Part shown: positions 36,776 to 49,672 of the stretch, one piece after another
How the letters are laid out: the number at the start of each line of letters is the position of its first letter
Position numbering within the stretch: position 1 is the stretch's first letter
Assembly: GCA_035084275.1 (NCBI GenBank)
Contig: CM068742.1
Span: forward strand, 122,636,001 to 122,700,000
Origin: Hydrolagus colliei
Taxonomy: Eukaryota
Length of the DNA stretch: 64,000 bases
Direction of reading: 5' to 3'
The notes under the pieces: model-generated
The model's database searches: none
Told to the model about the DNA's origin: nothing
What the model saw: only the letters and a program-made list of their open reading frames with translations
Made by a program: the position numbers and the translations under genes

Positions 36776-36880
36776 GGCATCCCAGATGGACTTGAAGAGT
36801 GCCCTGGAGGAATCCGCAATTGCACTGAACTTATTCATGAATAACAAATTCTCTGAAGCACTGGAGTTATTACGACCTTG
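36776..36880 (+). CDS. TTC39B: TTC39B-like, coding exon 3 (ASQMDLKSALEESAIALNLFMNNKFSEALELLRPW)
   Basis: ctaag| ... |gtaagc, 105 nt, phase 2-2. Matches TTC39B VDLKSGLEECAVALNLFLSNKFTDALELLRPW. Confidence 0.95.
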
Positions 36881-37229
36881 GTAAGCATATGAATTTGAAT
36901 CTGCAGAAAAAACATAAGATTTCCTACAACATGGTTCATGTAGCATTTGAAGTGCCTTTCCCTCTTCCATTGTTGCACAATCTTTTTGAAATACGTCTCG
37001 TGGTCCTTAAAAAGTAAGCTTAGTTCACTGTGTAAAATCACCTCATGCACATCTGAAGTTACAAGAAAGAGAGGTGGACTGGTCTGAGCTCATTTTGACA
37101 ATGTTTTGACTGTGATAAAGTTGCTGACTTTGGCATCTACACTCTCCTATCACACTGTATTATGTTGGAGCTCTCTTGTGCTCTGAACAATCCCAGGATT
37201 AATGGGGCTAATGGCCCCATCCTGTAGTT

Positions 37230-38392
37230 AGTTAGTACATTAGTTAGAACACATGATTTGCAAGCAGGAGACCTGGGATCTATTCCAGGCTGGGGAAAAC
37301 CTTGGACAAGTTTCCTTACTCCACACACCGGATAATAATTCCTCAAAAAAAAATTATCATCACAATCCACGACTTTTTGTGGGATACTGCTATGCGCAAT
37401 TGGCTGCCATGTTTGCCCAACAAAATATGTAGATAATTTATTTTACAGTATATTCAGCCTGTCTTTCAGACATCAGGGGCTGGATGAGCGCAAATTTCTT
37501 GCTGCTGAATGTCGACAAGATGGAGGCTATACTCCTTGGCTCTCGTCAATGTCTCCATTCATACGGCTCTCACCTCCTCCACCTTCCCGGTCTGCCCCTA
37601 AAACTCTCCGAACCTGTGCGCAACCTAGGAGTCAGGTTCAACCCCCAACTGTCCTTCCTCCCCCACGTCTGGTCCATTACCAGCACTGCCTTCTACCACC
37701 TCCGACGAATCGCCCGTCTCCGGCAATACCTCACCTCAAAATCCACTGAAACCTTGGTCCATGCCTTTGTCACCTCTCGGCTGGACTATTGCAACGCCCT
37801 CCTCTCCGGTTTCCCCCACCACCGCAATCCACAAAATCCAGCTAATCTAAAACTCTGCCGCCTGCATACTCACCTTCACTAAGCTTCATTTCCCCATTAC
37901 CCCAGTCCTTGCCAGACTTCACTGGCCCTCTATCCCAGAGAGGATCGACTTCAAGATCCTCACCCTTGTTTTCAAATCCCTCCACTCCTCTGCACCCCCC
38001 TATCTCTCTGATCTCCTCTCCCCCCAACCCAGCACCCGCTGCCTTCGCTCCTCTGGGTCTGGCCTCCTCTATGTCCCCCGAATCCTCCGCTCCACCCTTG
38101 GTGGCCATGCCTTCAGCCACTACGCCCCGAGGCTCTGGAACTCCCTTCCTCAGTCCCTTCGCCTCGCCCCCTCTCTTCCCAGTTTCAGGTCACAGCTGAA
38201 GACCTTTCTCTTCGACCGCGCATTTGGTCACCTTTCTGCCCCTGCCCCTGGCTCGGTCCCAGGATCCGCTATTGTAAAGCGCTGTATGACGCCGTCCGGC
38301 ATAGAGGGCGTTATATAAATTTAAGTTGTAGTTGTTGTTATTCACGCCAAGAAGACGTGGAAAGCACTATATCCAGTGCAAGGATTATAATC
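37230..38392 (+). mobile_element. SINE (37230-37455 and 38340-38392) interrupted by an L2 LINE 3' portion (37456-38339)
   Basis: The SINE body stops at CAGTATATTC. An L2 follows (WMSANFLLLNVDKMEAILLG..RNLGVRFNPQLSF..HAFVTSRLDYCNALL) with a (GTT) tail, then the SINE 3' end resumes (AGAAGACGTGGAAAGCACTATATCCAGTGCAAGGATTAT). Confidence 0.88.
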
Positions 38393-38582
38393 ATTCTAAT
38401 GTGTGGAATAACCATTTATGAGTCAAATGCTTTGTAGATTAGGAAGATCCTAAATTCAGTCTCCTATTTGTGCTGATTTAATTGAAAACCTGGCCAGAAG
38501 TAATGGGCGTTCAAGAGGGCTTGACCAGTGGGGAAGAGTATTGTGTTTATTTCACATAAATGACTGGTTATTTACTTTACAG

Positions 38583-38714
38583 GTCGAAAACCAGCATGTA
38601 CCATGCCCTGGGTTACAGCAGTATGCATGCTATGCAGGCTGCCATGACATTCGAGCAGCAAGATATCCTGTCAGCCATTGCCATTATGAAGGATGCTTTG
38701 CGTACTTGTCAACG
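38583..38714 (+). CDS. TTC39B: TTC39B-like, coding exon 4 (SKTSMYHALGYSSMHAMQAAMTFEQQDILSAIAIMKDALRTCQR)
   Basis: tttacag| ... |gtgagt, 132 nt. Carries the SMYHALGYS and TFEQQDI motifs of TTC39B. Confidence 0.96.
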
Positions 38715-41700
38715 GTGAGTCTTCAGGTTGTATATAAATGTATGTTTGTTCAATCAGAATTTGCTTTAGGAAAAGCAATACGTCGTGTTTCCCTATCTCA
38801 CGTGTTGTGAAACGGAATAATATTTGGTGCTTTCTGAAATTCTTTTCCGATGTGCTTCGTGCTGTAACTTTCATAGTTGGCCAAAAGCAACAAGAAAAAT
38901 GGCGCACAAAACATGAATCATAGAAATTTGCAGCACAGGCCATTTTCCAATTATGTATTTTAAGAGAAATCCTTTTAGTCCCATTTACCCGCCCTTTCTC
39001 CCTACCCCCTTTAGTTTATTCCTTTTTCGGTATGTATCTAGTCCCCTGAAGGTTACTATAAAAGCATACAAATTTATAGCATGGAGGGAAGCCATTCAGC
39101 TGATTGAACCTGTACTGTAAACTACAAAACACGTAGTCACTCAACTATATGTTACAGTATAGATTATGAAGTGCCATGAGTCATCCTCCTAATATGAAAG
39201 ATGCCTTATGAAACGTAAATATTATTATAAATCAAAATAATTCTTCAAAAAGCTTTCGTTCTGCCTTCAAAATGAATGCACCTATTGATTATTTAGTTTC
39301 TAATCAATGGGAATCTGCAATCAACAACAACAAATTACATTTGTGTAGCGCCTTCCATGTCAAGAGGATGTCACACTGCACTATAGCTTGAGGCCCTCCA
39401 GTTATAAACAGTTTTCTTCAACCATTGGTGAATGAGTCCACATTAAGAATAATGCCGCCCCACTATAATGCATTTTAATAAAGCATGAATTAATTGGTAA
39501 TGGGGTTCAACTCATGACCCTGCTCAGTACAAATATGCACAGCTGACTTGCTTCGTTCCCATGCACTGCTGGCTTTTTGTACTGAAATGGCTGACTTTCT
39601 GTTTATTTGGTGGATGCAATTTTCTGCTGTGTGCATGCACATAAAACAGGAGTAATATTGAGGTGATCCACCTACCTGGGAGTCAGCCATTTAAAAAAAT
39701 ATATATGCAGGATGTAAAACAGAATTGAAGCACGGTTGCGCTGTGTTGAGCAGTTATGCGATTTAACTTTGAAAGGACATTGAAGAGTTGGGAGAGGGTG
39801 CAAAGAAGAACACCAGGGGTGATTCCAGTGAAAATGTTAAATAAAAATATGAGAGAGAGAAAATAGAGTGAAAGAAGGGACAGTCCATGGAGCCCAGATG
39901 AAGTACAGAGGAAGCCCGCGATAAAATGGCTGCCCTTCAAACCCACAGTTGGTTTCAATGCATGAACCAGTCCGATTCTGGATTGTCAGATTGCCACGAA
40001 TGTCACTTCTTGCATGCTGCACGTGTGCGATATGTACAGGAAGTACTCACAGGATGTGGTATTAATGGCCACATAATGACCTGGAGGTCAACCATTTTTA
40101 AGTGTAGGAACCTGGTTCACATGTACAGGGAGCAGGCAGAAATTGCTGATGGTGGCCAATTTTTCAAGAAATTGCATGGTGGCGTGGCTTTCATTCAGCA
40201 CACAGGAAGTGGTGTCATGGTGGCCATTTTGGCTTTATGCTATTTTGTAATGGGATATTTACATTTGTGGCTTGAACCTAGCATTATAACCTGTCTCTGC
40301 TGTATTTAGATGTGGGAGTACTGGGTGTTAAATGAATGATCCAGGACTCCACTGTTAAGCTTGACCTGAAACCAAATTTGTTGCAGACCTACTGCATCCC
40401 CACTGAGCATGCTTTTCACACTTTTAATCTCACGCAGACTGCATAATTTATTTAATTGGAAAAATTGCTGCTCACTGTTTTAGTTGACCTTTTTGAAGCC
40501 TGTTTGGTGCTCCTGGAAGCTGGCGATATTGGCATCAAATGGACATACAACAGCCTTCATTAGTTGAGTTACCTTGTGTATCATTTCATTCATTTACAAT
40601 GTGCTAGATGTTTACACAAGCGCCGATTTGAGGGATCTTATTAAGACTGTGGCAACATTTGTCCTACAGTTTGTAAATGCATTTTGAGAGGAAGACTTTT
40701 CAGTGCTACTATGACTTGATGTTCCAAGAGCCATGCTGTGAATGGTAGGATAAGGTTCATGTCTGCAATTGCCCATGGTGCGAGCTCTAGAGGCTGAATG
40801 GTCACCCACAGGAAAATCTGAGGGAATTGGGCCTCTGGGTCCTCACTTAGGCTTTGAACCAGTAGGATATATAGCAGCAATAGTAGCTGCCTGGAAGCAG
40901 GTCTCCAGTAATAAGTAAATAAAGCTTACATTGCTAGATTTCGAGTCCAAAATAAGATGTGTTTACAATGACCAAGTCTCTCTCAGATAACCGTTAAATG
41001 GTTTGTTCGGAGAGAAAAAGAGACATAGTTAATTTACACTTTTCTAAGGGAAAATATACAGAGGAAGATGCAATTCCAGAGTCTCTTAGAACATAGGAAC
41101 AGGAATAGGCCATTCCACTCTTTGAGCCTGTTCCGTCATTTAATAAGATCATGGCTGAGCTGTACCTCAACTAATCCTTTCAATTCCAATTTTGCGCTTT
41201 CTCTCCATATCCCTTAATAGCCTATCTAGTTATATAGGTAACTGGGAGAAACTAATTTGAAATAATATATCCATCTATGTGAGAACTGGAGGTGCTGGGG
41301 AACAAGAATTCAGTTTTCCTCATCTCATTATGAAATGAGTCCATAGCCTTCTTAGCTACAAAAAAAAGGGCTGCTCCCCCAAACCAGTGGTGATGATCTC
41401 TGTAGGCTCAACACCATAAAACAAATCGGGGACAATATAAAGTATTGCTGCTCCCAGAGCCAGAACAGATTGAGAGGCAAGGGATGCTCGAACAAAGAAT
41501 CCCGGTCGGGAGAAAGAATTAGCCAAGTTAGCCAACATGCATTATAACACAGCATCTGCTCACTCAGAAACTAATCCGCTTAATGTCTGATCTCAGTGCA
41601 ACTGTGCTTTGTTACCATGAGACTGGGTGGTGTGTACATTGGACATTGTATACACTGGTAGGTGTATACACAAGTATTGTGTGGCATAAGTGTGCCTGGA

Positions 41701-42767
41701 TGATCACAGGGAGATAAATTAATTGTGTGTAAAGCAAATAAATAACCTCTGTGTGTGGGTGCTACTTTGGGATCTATCTCCTATTTCAGCCTTGTTGTAA
41801 CTGAACCCTGCCCTGTAATGTATGCTAACCAGAGGGCATGTATCTTGCAGAGCATTGTGTAGCTTTGCTGCACTTCGTTTGAAGTGTTTTTAAACACAAA
41901 TCCAACATTGCTTATCCACTATTGCTTACTGCAATTGGATTTCTTTAAGAAGCTTATCTTATACTATCTCAATCCAAAAATATTTTTCTGTAACTCACTT
42001 TGAAAAACATTTTTTGGTGATTTATATACAGTACAATGCTTTTGTTGCACTGTTTTCCACAGAACAATGGGCATAAATAATTCTTGGACAATGTTGGTGG
42101 TGTATCAGTATCCCAAATCTCACATTACTTCCCATTTGTAATAATAAATAATTATCATCCTTGCATTTGATAAAGTACCTTTCACAGTGTGGTTCTCTCC
42201 ATATTTACTATTATAAAACATAGATCAGTGAAGTAGTTAGGGATGGAAATTTGGGTATAGGCACCAACATATGGTGGATGTCCAATGACCTAAGCTTTCC
42301 ATTCTTAGTTATGCCGCTGGTTCCTATCAAGTTGGGTTGTCAGTATTTCATTGCAAACCACAAAGGGCCTCCTTTATGGCATGCCTGAGTACAATTAACT
42401 CAGACATAAGTCAAGTGATTAGAAATGATAGAAAATAATAGGAATAAGAGATTTCTCACTTGGGTCTCTTGGATTGAAAAGTCTGTAACTTAAGTTTCCT
42501 AGTTTCATCTTGTATTTCGTATCCAAGCTTTCTCTAAGCACATTGCAAAAAATCTCAGCTCCAAGGACAATAACCTGGAGCTAAAGCTCCTTTTTGCCAT
42601 ATCTGATGCATTTCTTCAAGAAGTATGATACCTCCCTCTCCAGCTCTCTTCCTGTCATTCTCTGCACTATCTCAAACCTTCTGCTCTGGCGGGAAGAGAC
42701 ACAGAGCTGCACCCAAGCGTGAAGACTAATGTTTAATGTGGTATATAAGTACGTGTCTAGCAACAGT

Positions 42768-43087
42768 GGAGTCATGCTCAGTGGTTAGAGCACTCACCTT
42801 GCAAGCGAGAGACCTGGGTTCAATTTCCAGCAAGACAAAACCTTGGGCAAGTTTCCTTACTCCACACATCCAATAATAATCCCTTGAAAAATAACTACAG
42901 TAATAATAAATTGGTTGTTTCAATCCATGACTGTTTGTGAGACACTGCTGCATGCAATTTGCTGCCTGTTGCACCTACAAATATACAGTCAGTTCACTTT
43001 ACAGCATATTTTGGGAAACACTTTGAGACATCTAGAAGATGTGAAACGCACTATATCAAAAGCAAGGATTATTATTATTACTATAAT
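42768..43087 (+). mobile_element. Full-length tRNA-derived SINE
   Basis: GCTCAGTGGTTAGAGCAC..GGGTTCAATTTCC head, body and GCAAGGATTATTATT tail. Confidence 0.88.
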
Positions 43088-43562
43088 AAAACCACAATTG
43101 TCCTGCAGGAAAGGGGGGATTTCCAACACTGTTCACGAAGGCTGCATATTGATATCCAATGGGAAGATAGAAGGAACTTCCCGGGAATTGTGAGGCAGTG
43201 TGGAGAGTAATGGGTGGGTCTGGGTACTAATTAAAAGGCATCAATGTATTCAAGTGAAAACTTGATGCATACATAAGGGAGTAGGAAATACAGGGGAATA
43301 GGCAGGCAAGGGAACCATGGAATGTTAAGCAAAGGTATGGACTAGTTGGGCTGCTGTATTATAGGTAGGCCTCTGCCATTGTGAAACTCTCTGAGACGCT
43401 GTCCGGCGTGGAGGCCGCTATATAAATGCAAGTTGTTGTTATTGTTGTATCACTGTATGTGGCAAATTTTACCCCAATTCCCCCTCTAATCATTGAGCTC
43501 CTTTGTTGTAAAACAGATTAATTGATGCATTAAATATCTCAATTTACTCTGTTTTTGACCAG

Positions 43563-43639
43563 GTATCGCAAGAAGAATTCTGTTGTGGAATCTTTATCAT
43601 CTTTAGTATCAAAACAGGGGACGGACCAGTTGACAGAAG
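43563..43639 (+). CDS. TTC39B: TTC39B-like, coding exon 5 (YRKKNSVVESLSSLVSKQGTDQLTE)
   Basis: tgaccag| ... |gtacaa, 77 nt. Matches YRKKYTVVESFSSLL..EQLSE. Confidence 0.95.
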
Positions 43640-44050
43640 GTACAATAAATGTGCTGTTGTGAAATAATATCCAGCCGGCACTGCGCAGGGTACAGCCTTC
43701 ATTTGTATTCTTGTGTCTTTTTCTATTATCTGATCCTTGGTCACTGCAGGAAGTCGATTGTTTGCAGGATTAGTTCAACACTGGGAAATAATCTCCCGTG
43801 GATGGTAAATGGATGTAGAGGCAATCTGTATCTATTGGCTGTTTGACATAGAGCACTTCAGTGTGATAATGCCTGTGATCATCAGCAGTACAACACTCGT
43901 TCGAGGCTCCTCCATCTGCCGACTGATATCCCACCACACCATGTCACTGTGGATGGAGTTATTTGGTTTTTCTTTCTTTTGGATATACACTCTCACCCTA
44001 TGCCACTATTTTAATTGACAACCCTCCTGAATACCTTTTCCTTTTATCAG

Positions 44051-44118
44051 AGGAGATGCATGCGGAGATGTGCTACGCAGAATGTCTGCTTCAGAAGGCA
44101 GCGCTGACTTTAGTGCAG
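44051..44118 (+). CDS. TTC39B: TTC39B-like, coding exon 6 ([23 protein letters not shown])
   Basis: ttatcag| ... |gtaaga, 68 nt. Near-identical to TTC39B [23 protein letters not shown]. Confidence 0.97.
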
Positions 44119-45299
44119 GTAAGAAATACTTGATACCTTTATCTCAGCATGGATGTTTTAGTAAAATGAATGAAGTGAAACAATTGGCAGCATGGCATGG
44201 AGGACTGATTTAACCATTAAATTTTAATGAATGTTGGCCAATCCATGAGATCTGAGATTATTGAGATTGCAGTATTAGGTTTAGGAGAGACAATCATTGG
44301 TGGAATGTCTATTTAAAAATCAGTTGAATGCAACTCATTATGATAGTTAATGAATTGGTCTTGATAATCCTTGCATCTGATATAGTTAAAGCACCTCAAA
44401 GCAATTCATATAATTGCTGTGAAGGGTAGCGACATTATGTATGGGCAAAATGCAACAGCCATATTTGTGCACAGCAGCACCCCATGAACAACCATGAAGT
44501 GAATGACCTATTTGCATGGATTATTGCTGGGTAGAGAAACTCTCATCTCTTTATTGAGTAGTTAACGTCCACCTGAATGGGCAGATGAGACCTCAGTTAA
44601 ATATCTCATCTGAAGGACCACTCCTGTTTGACTGCATTGGAGTGTCTGTCCAGACTATGAGCTCGAACACCAAGGTGGAACTTGAATCCATAATCTTCTG
44701 ACCTAAAAATGAGAGTGCTATCAAATGAACCAGGGATGCCAAACCCATTATTTGATGATTGTCAACAAACTTGAACTTTGTTCTGTTCAGCATATGGATC
44801 CTTCTTGTGCTTGAACATACTGTGTGTGTATGTGTGTGTGTGTTGAGGGGGAGGAGGGGGTGAAATACTACAGCTAATTTGTGCACAGCAATGTGTTACA
44901 AATAGCCATGGAACAAATGACCAGTTTTAATTGGGAAATTATTAACCAGGACACCAGGAGGAACGCCCTCACTTTCTAAATAGTGCTTTCACTTTCACCA
45001 GGATGGCACCTCTAATAATGCTATAGACCTCCTTGGAGTGTTAACTTACAGTGTATAAATTCCAAGCCCTGACGTGGGGATTGAACCAACATCCTTTTGA
45101 CTGAGAGGCAAAGAGTACTACCTACTGAACCAAACTGACACATTGTATCCATAATTCCTGCACAAAGATATAGGTGTCCTACAGAAATAACAGTTGAAAA
45201 TATCACAAGCTCGAATCTGGAGGTGTAAATGTCAGAAAAGGCATTTCATTGAACTTGGTGATCTTATCCGTTTGTTCAGAGATCCACATACAAATGAAT

Positions 45300-45617
45300 A
45301 ATAATAATCTTTGCATTTGATATAGCGCTTTTCACGTGTTTTAGATGTCTCAAAGTGCTTCTCAAAATATACTGTGAAGTGCATTGATTGTAATTAGTTA
45401 GTTCTTGCTATTCCTCATTGTTATCTCAACTCAACTGGAATGACAGTCACAGTAGTGATGCTATTGTGCCCTAATGCCCTTTGGTTAGGAGAGTTAATAA
45501 AAATAATCATAATAATCATGATCATAATTCTTGCATTTGATATAATGCTTTTCACGTCTTCGAGACATCTCAGAGCGCTTCACAGAATATACTGTAAAGT
45601 GAATTGACTCTATATTT
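45300..45617 (-). mobile_element. Two 5'-truncated SINE 3' ends separated by a non-SINE spacer
   Basis: TTGCATTTGATAT..GAATTGAC motif occurs twice (45311, 45531). The spacer is shared with 9345-9477. Confidence 0.8.
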
Positions 45618-48179
45618 TAGCCTGCCTTCTCCTTGTTATCCAGCAACCCCTGCTGGTAAAGGAGAGGATTGAACTTGGTTACACATTCTTCTTTCCTCCT
45701 ATCCTCTCCCCACCACTTCAGGTTTGATATCCTGCTGCTACTCAATGTCATGGCTAACGATGCATAATGCTGAATTACCAGAGGGTGTCTGTGCTGTAAC
45801 ATTTAATGATTCACTGAAATACTGCAGCTGTTATACTGTGTGTATTTGTGCATCGTTTGAATTCACAGTACGTTATTCAATAAGTGGTCAATAATTTATT
45901 CAGTGGTTCCACACTGTGACCAAATCCTACAGTTCCCCATGCTAAAAAAAAACCCTGGGGAGTTCTGTGTAACACCTAGTAAAGTATTGGCTTATTGGTC
46001 AGGTCAGTAATGGACAACATTTTGTGACGACAAAGCATGAACATCCAGAGAATAAAACTAGTGGGTTAGGTAGTGTAGTGCAGGAAAGGTTGAGCAATGC
46101 AGCTCATCGCATGAGAGCTGCCAGCTGACTGGCATTCTCTGTTTGTGCCCAGTGATGTCATCAATGCTGTTGACAAACTGGGAATGCTGAGGATCCTTGT
46201 TTTGAACCTGGGTTGGTATTTTCTGTATCTCAAATGCATGTTCCCCCTGTACTTATTGTATCCATGTACAATAATAATAATCTTTCAACTTGATCAGCTT
46301 TCATGTTGGGAGGACGTCCCAAAGCTTTTCACAGGTTAACAATATCATGATAATCCTTGCAATCCTTGATTTAACGTAAAGTGAATTGTCTGTATATTTT
46401 GTGAGCGAAATGCATTAGCCAATTGCGCACAGCAGCGTCCCACAAACACTACCGTGGATTGAAGTGACCAATTTTTTTAAAAGGAATTATTACCCCCAGG
46501 AAAAGTGAACCGCCAATTGCCATTCCTACTTACTGCTAAGTAAACAGAGGCATTTGGAGTAAGGAAACGTGCCCAACATTTTGCGCTTAGTGGCATTTTC
46601 CACTATGCTACTGTAAAGTTGCGTATTTTATAGGTGTCCTCAGAGCATCTCCATTCACCTTCAAACTATACATATTACATAAAAGGCTTTAAGTGAAATA
46701 GAAGGATTATTATAATTATTGTGAGACAGAGAATGCCTAAAATTGAGTAACCAGGCAGATTTCTGAGTATTGAACTCCTCATTTAGTTGATAATCGGAGA
46801 GCAATGGTTTTATTCTGTGCATTTGTAGTAGCATTCTCATCAGCTTCACAGGAAGTCTGGGTTCAATCCTCGTCTGATGCAAAATGTTTAGATCCATGTG
46901 GAGTATAAACACCAGTACAGACTAATTGGGCAAATGGCCTTTTTCCATGCTGTACAATCTTTGTGGATCTCTATTTGTAATGTTATTAAACCATAACACA
47001 ATGTAGATGCCTTTAATTACAACTTTACAAATCAATCTCTTTCAAATCTGCTGTCACCTTACCACAATTTGTTTTACCCATGCATCATCTATATTTAATT
47101 GCCACTTAGGTCCTTAAAGCAATATGCAACATTTTCCTTCTTTTGGTTTTCTTTAAAAGATTTTCATAAAGTCATTGTTTTCAAAAAGTTTTGAATCAAC
47201 AAAAAATTCCTCCAGTTGGCAGACAATTTAGAAGATCCTGCATAGAAAATGGGACACATTTTTTGTAGAAACACTCTCTCTCACACACATTCATTCACAT
47301 AAGTGATGGCTCCATTTCACACATTCATAAGTTCACTGTTTTAATCACATCTGGGCCCAGCCTCTCTCCCGCTGACAGAATGGCTCCATTCTAAGACGCT
47401 TGGTGTCTCAAGATTATTACTGCCCATGTCTTTTTTGGTCCTTTGACCTCCTCATCCAATATCTTGATTTATTCTTTCCTTAGATACATTTTTAGTACAT
47501 GTTCTGTAGTCTTACTGCTGTATTTTAGGAATAATGCAATGTCAAATAAAGTTAGTCAATGAATATACAGCAAGCCCTGTATATTCAAACTCTGACTGTC
47601 CATGTGTCCATTTCTCTATAGTGGACTCTGATGTGGAATTGAAGAAATGCGGAAAAAAGTGCCTGTGTTCATGCACATGAGGTTGTCAAGGTCAAAGTTT
47701 TACCCATAGAGAAACATTGTGAATCAGCACCGTGAGGTGTTTTATTCGGAAATTGGTTAGAGGCAGAATGTGAGTTAGTTAGAGGCAGAAAAAGAAAATG
47801 TCAGAGATAGAGAGATAAAGAGAAAGAAAGTTGGGGAAGGAAACAGAGTGAAATACAAAAATATTGACGAGAAAACAAGAAAGTGAGTGAGACAGATAGC
47901 AAAAGAGGGTTTGTGTGTGTGTGTGTATGAGAGAGAGGGACTGTCACAGTGTGCTATTATTGAAAATGTAACTTGTGGTGAAACTGATTAGTATTTTGCA
48001 TGTTTACCTGTTATACACATTGCTTCCATATCCACTATCAGGCCCATCCTAATTGCTGTCATCATTAGAAAAATAAATTCCTGCTTTTAATTTTTTCTTA
48101 TCTACTAATTACCAATGTTTATCCAGACCTTTCTTATAAGAATTCTTCCCTCTGGCTTCCTTTCTTTCTCCCTCCCCAG

Positions 48180-48244
48180 GATGAAAATATGATTAATTTT
48201 CTTAAAGGAGGAATCAAAATCCGTACCAGTTACAACATATACAA
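48180..48244 (+). CDS. TTC39B: TTC39B-like, coding exon 7 (DENMINFLKGGIKIRTSYNIYK)
   Basis: ctccccag| ... |gtaggt, 65 nt. Homologous to DENMINFIKGGLKIRTSYQIYK. Confidence 0.97.
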
Positions 48245-49402
48245 GTAGGTATTTTTCTGATGCACGATTTCTGTATGAAATGTACCTTTTGTGAGAATGA
48301 TTGTCGCATTTCTTGAGGTTCCTTAAATCGATCTAGCGCCATTTAGTGGTTCTGGTTCAAATTCTTTTTTTTAAAAGGGAGAGGCAGACAACAGTGCAGT
48401 GAATTGGTCACATGTATATTCTGTGAAGTGCTTGACATCTGACCGGGCAAAAATGGTACACAAATCCTCATTGTTCTTAAAAAAAAATCCATGTGCCACT
48501 TCCATTCCAGACTTTAAGATGATGTTTAGCTTTCTGGAAAGGAAATGTGTTTTTAAAAGTTCTTCTGAAGCTTTAAAATCTTTTAATATTTTTAATGTGT
48601 AAGCGCTCTGAGTTCCTGCCCAGAGTGAAGGGCATGATATAAATAATAATCCTTGAATTCGATATAGCAGTTTCATGTCTTCTAGATGTATCAAAGCACT
48701 TCACAGGATAAACTGTAAAACGAATTGACAGCATATTTGTGAAAGAAATGCAAGTTGTCTTGTCCAAACAGACAGATAAATTCACTTTATACACAGTAGA
48801 ATATTATCAACTCGTAGGAGAGTAGGATGGGTATTCATTTGCAAATGATTATGTCCTCCTCCCATGGACAAGCTGCAACCGATGAGAAGTCAGCCGTGTA
48901 ATGTGTTGGTTAGCGTGTTGGTTAGCGTGTTGCCCGCCTTGCAAGTGAGGGGCTGACATGACATGACATAAGAACATAAGAAATAGGATCGGCCCATCGA
49001 GCCTGCCCGCAATTCAGTCATGGCTGATATTCTACTCTACCTCCAGCTACCTGCCTTATCCCCATACCCCTTAATTCCTTTATAAATGAGGACATGACAT
49101 GTCCCCCAAAAATATCCAGTCAAATCCACTTTACAGTATATTCTTTGATGACACCTCTGAAAATGCACTGTCAATAATGTTGAGTACTGCAATAGAGTGT
49201 AAGAATAGACTGAGCTCAAAAGTCCTTAAGTGTTGACAACGTTTTACTTAGGAGTTGAAGGCAAATTTTTCTGTAAGTCTTTTTAAACAAAAATGCGTTA
49301 TTGATAATAATATTTGATTTATTAGTATTGGGGGAATGGAGATGTCCTGCTGATGTGAAATGTGTTAAACAAATGCAATTTTGTTGTTGTTGTTGTGTTA
49401 AG

Positions 49403-49502
49403 AGAATGCCAGCAGATTGTGGAAATGTCAGACAACGTCAAAACCGATGTCTACTCCCAGTTTGAAGGAGGTGTAAAGTTGGGGATTGGAGCATTTAACC
49501 TT
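49403..49502 (+). CDS. TTC39B: TTC39B-like, coding exon 8 (ECQQIVEMSDNVKTDVYSQFEGGVKLGIGAFNL)
   Basis: gttaag| ... |gtaagg, 100 nt. Contains the FEGGVKLGxGAFNL signature of the TTC39/Iml2 family. Confidence 0.95.
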
Positions 49503-49606
49503 GTAAGGCATGCACCACATTACATTGGAGCTTTCCATTTTTGTAGTTTTTTTTTTACTTCCAGCTATTTTGACCAACTAATTTAAAATGTGGTTTTCCT
49601 TCTCAG

Positions 49607-49672
49607 ATGTTGTCTCTGCTACCATCAAGAATCCTTCGACTTCTTGAATTTATTGGCTTCTCTGGCAATCGG
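49607..49672 (+). CDS. TTC39B: TTC39B-like, coding exon 9 (MLSLLPSRILRLLEFIGFSGNR)
   Basis: ttctcag| ... |gtatga, 66 nt, after a 104-nt intron. Contains the LLEFIGFSGNR signature. Confidence 0.97.

Noticed and set aside
41356-41538. Hydrophobic 60-aa minus-strand ORF (LALGAAILYIVPDLFYG)
   Set aside because: Short, with no recognisable family or exon context; compatible with chance.
42768-42835. tRNA gene (also at 5183, 9700, 35110, 50595, 62620)
   Set aside because: The A/B boxes run directly into a SINE body and tail and there is no complete cloverleaf or terminator; these are SINE heads.
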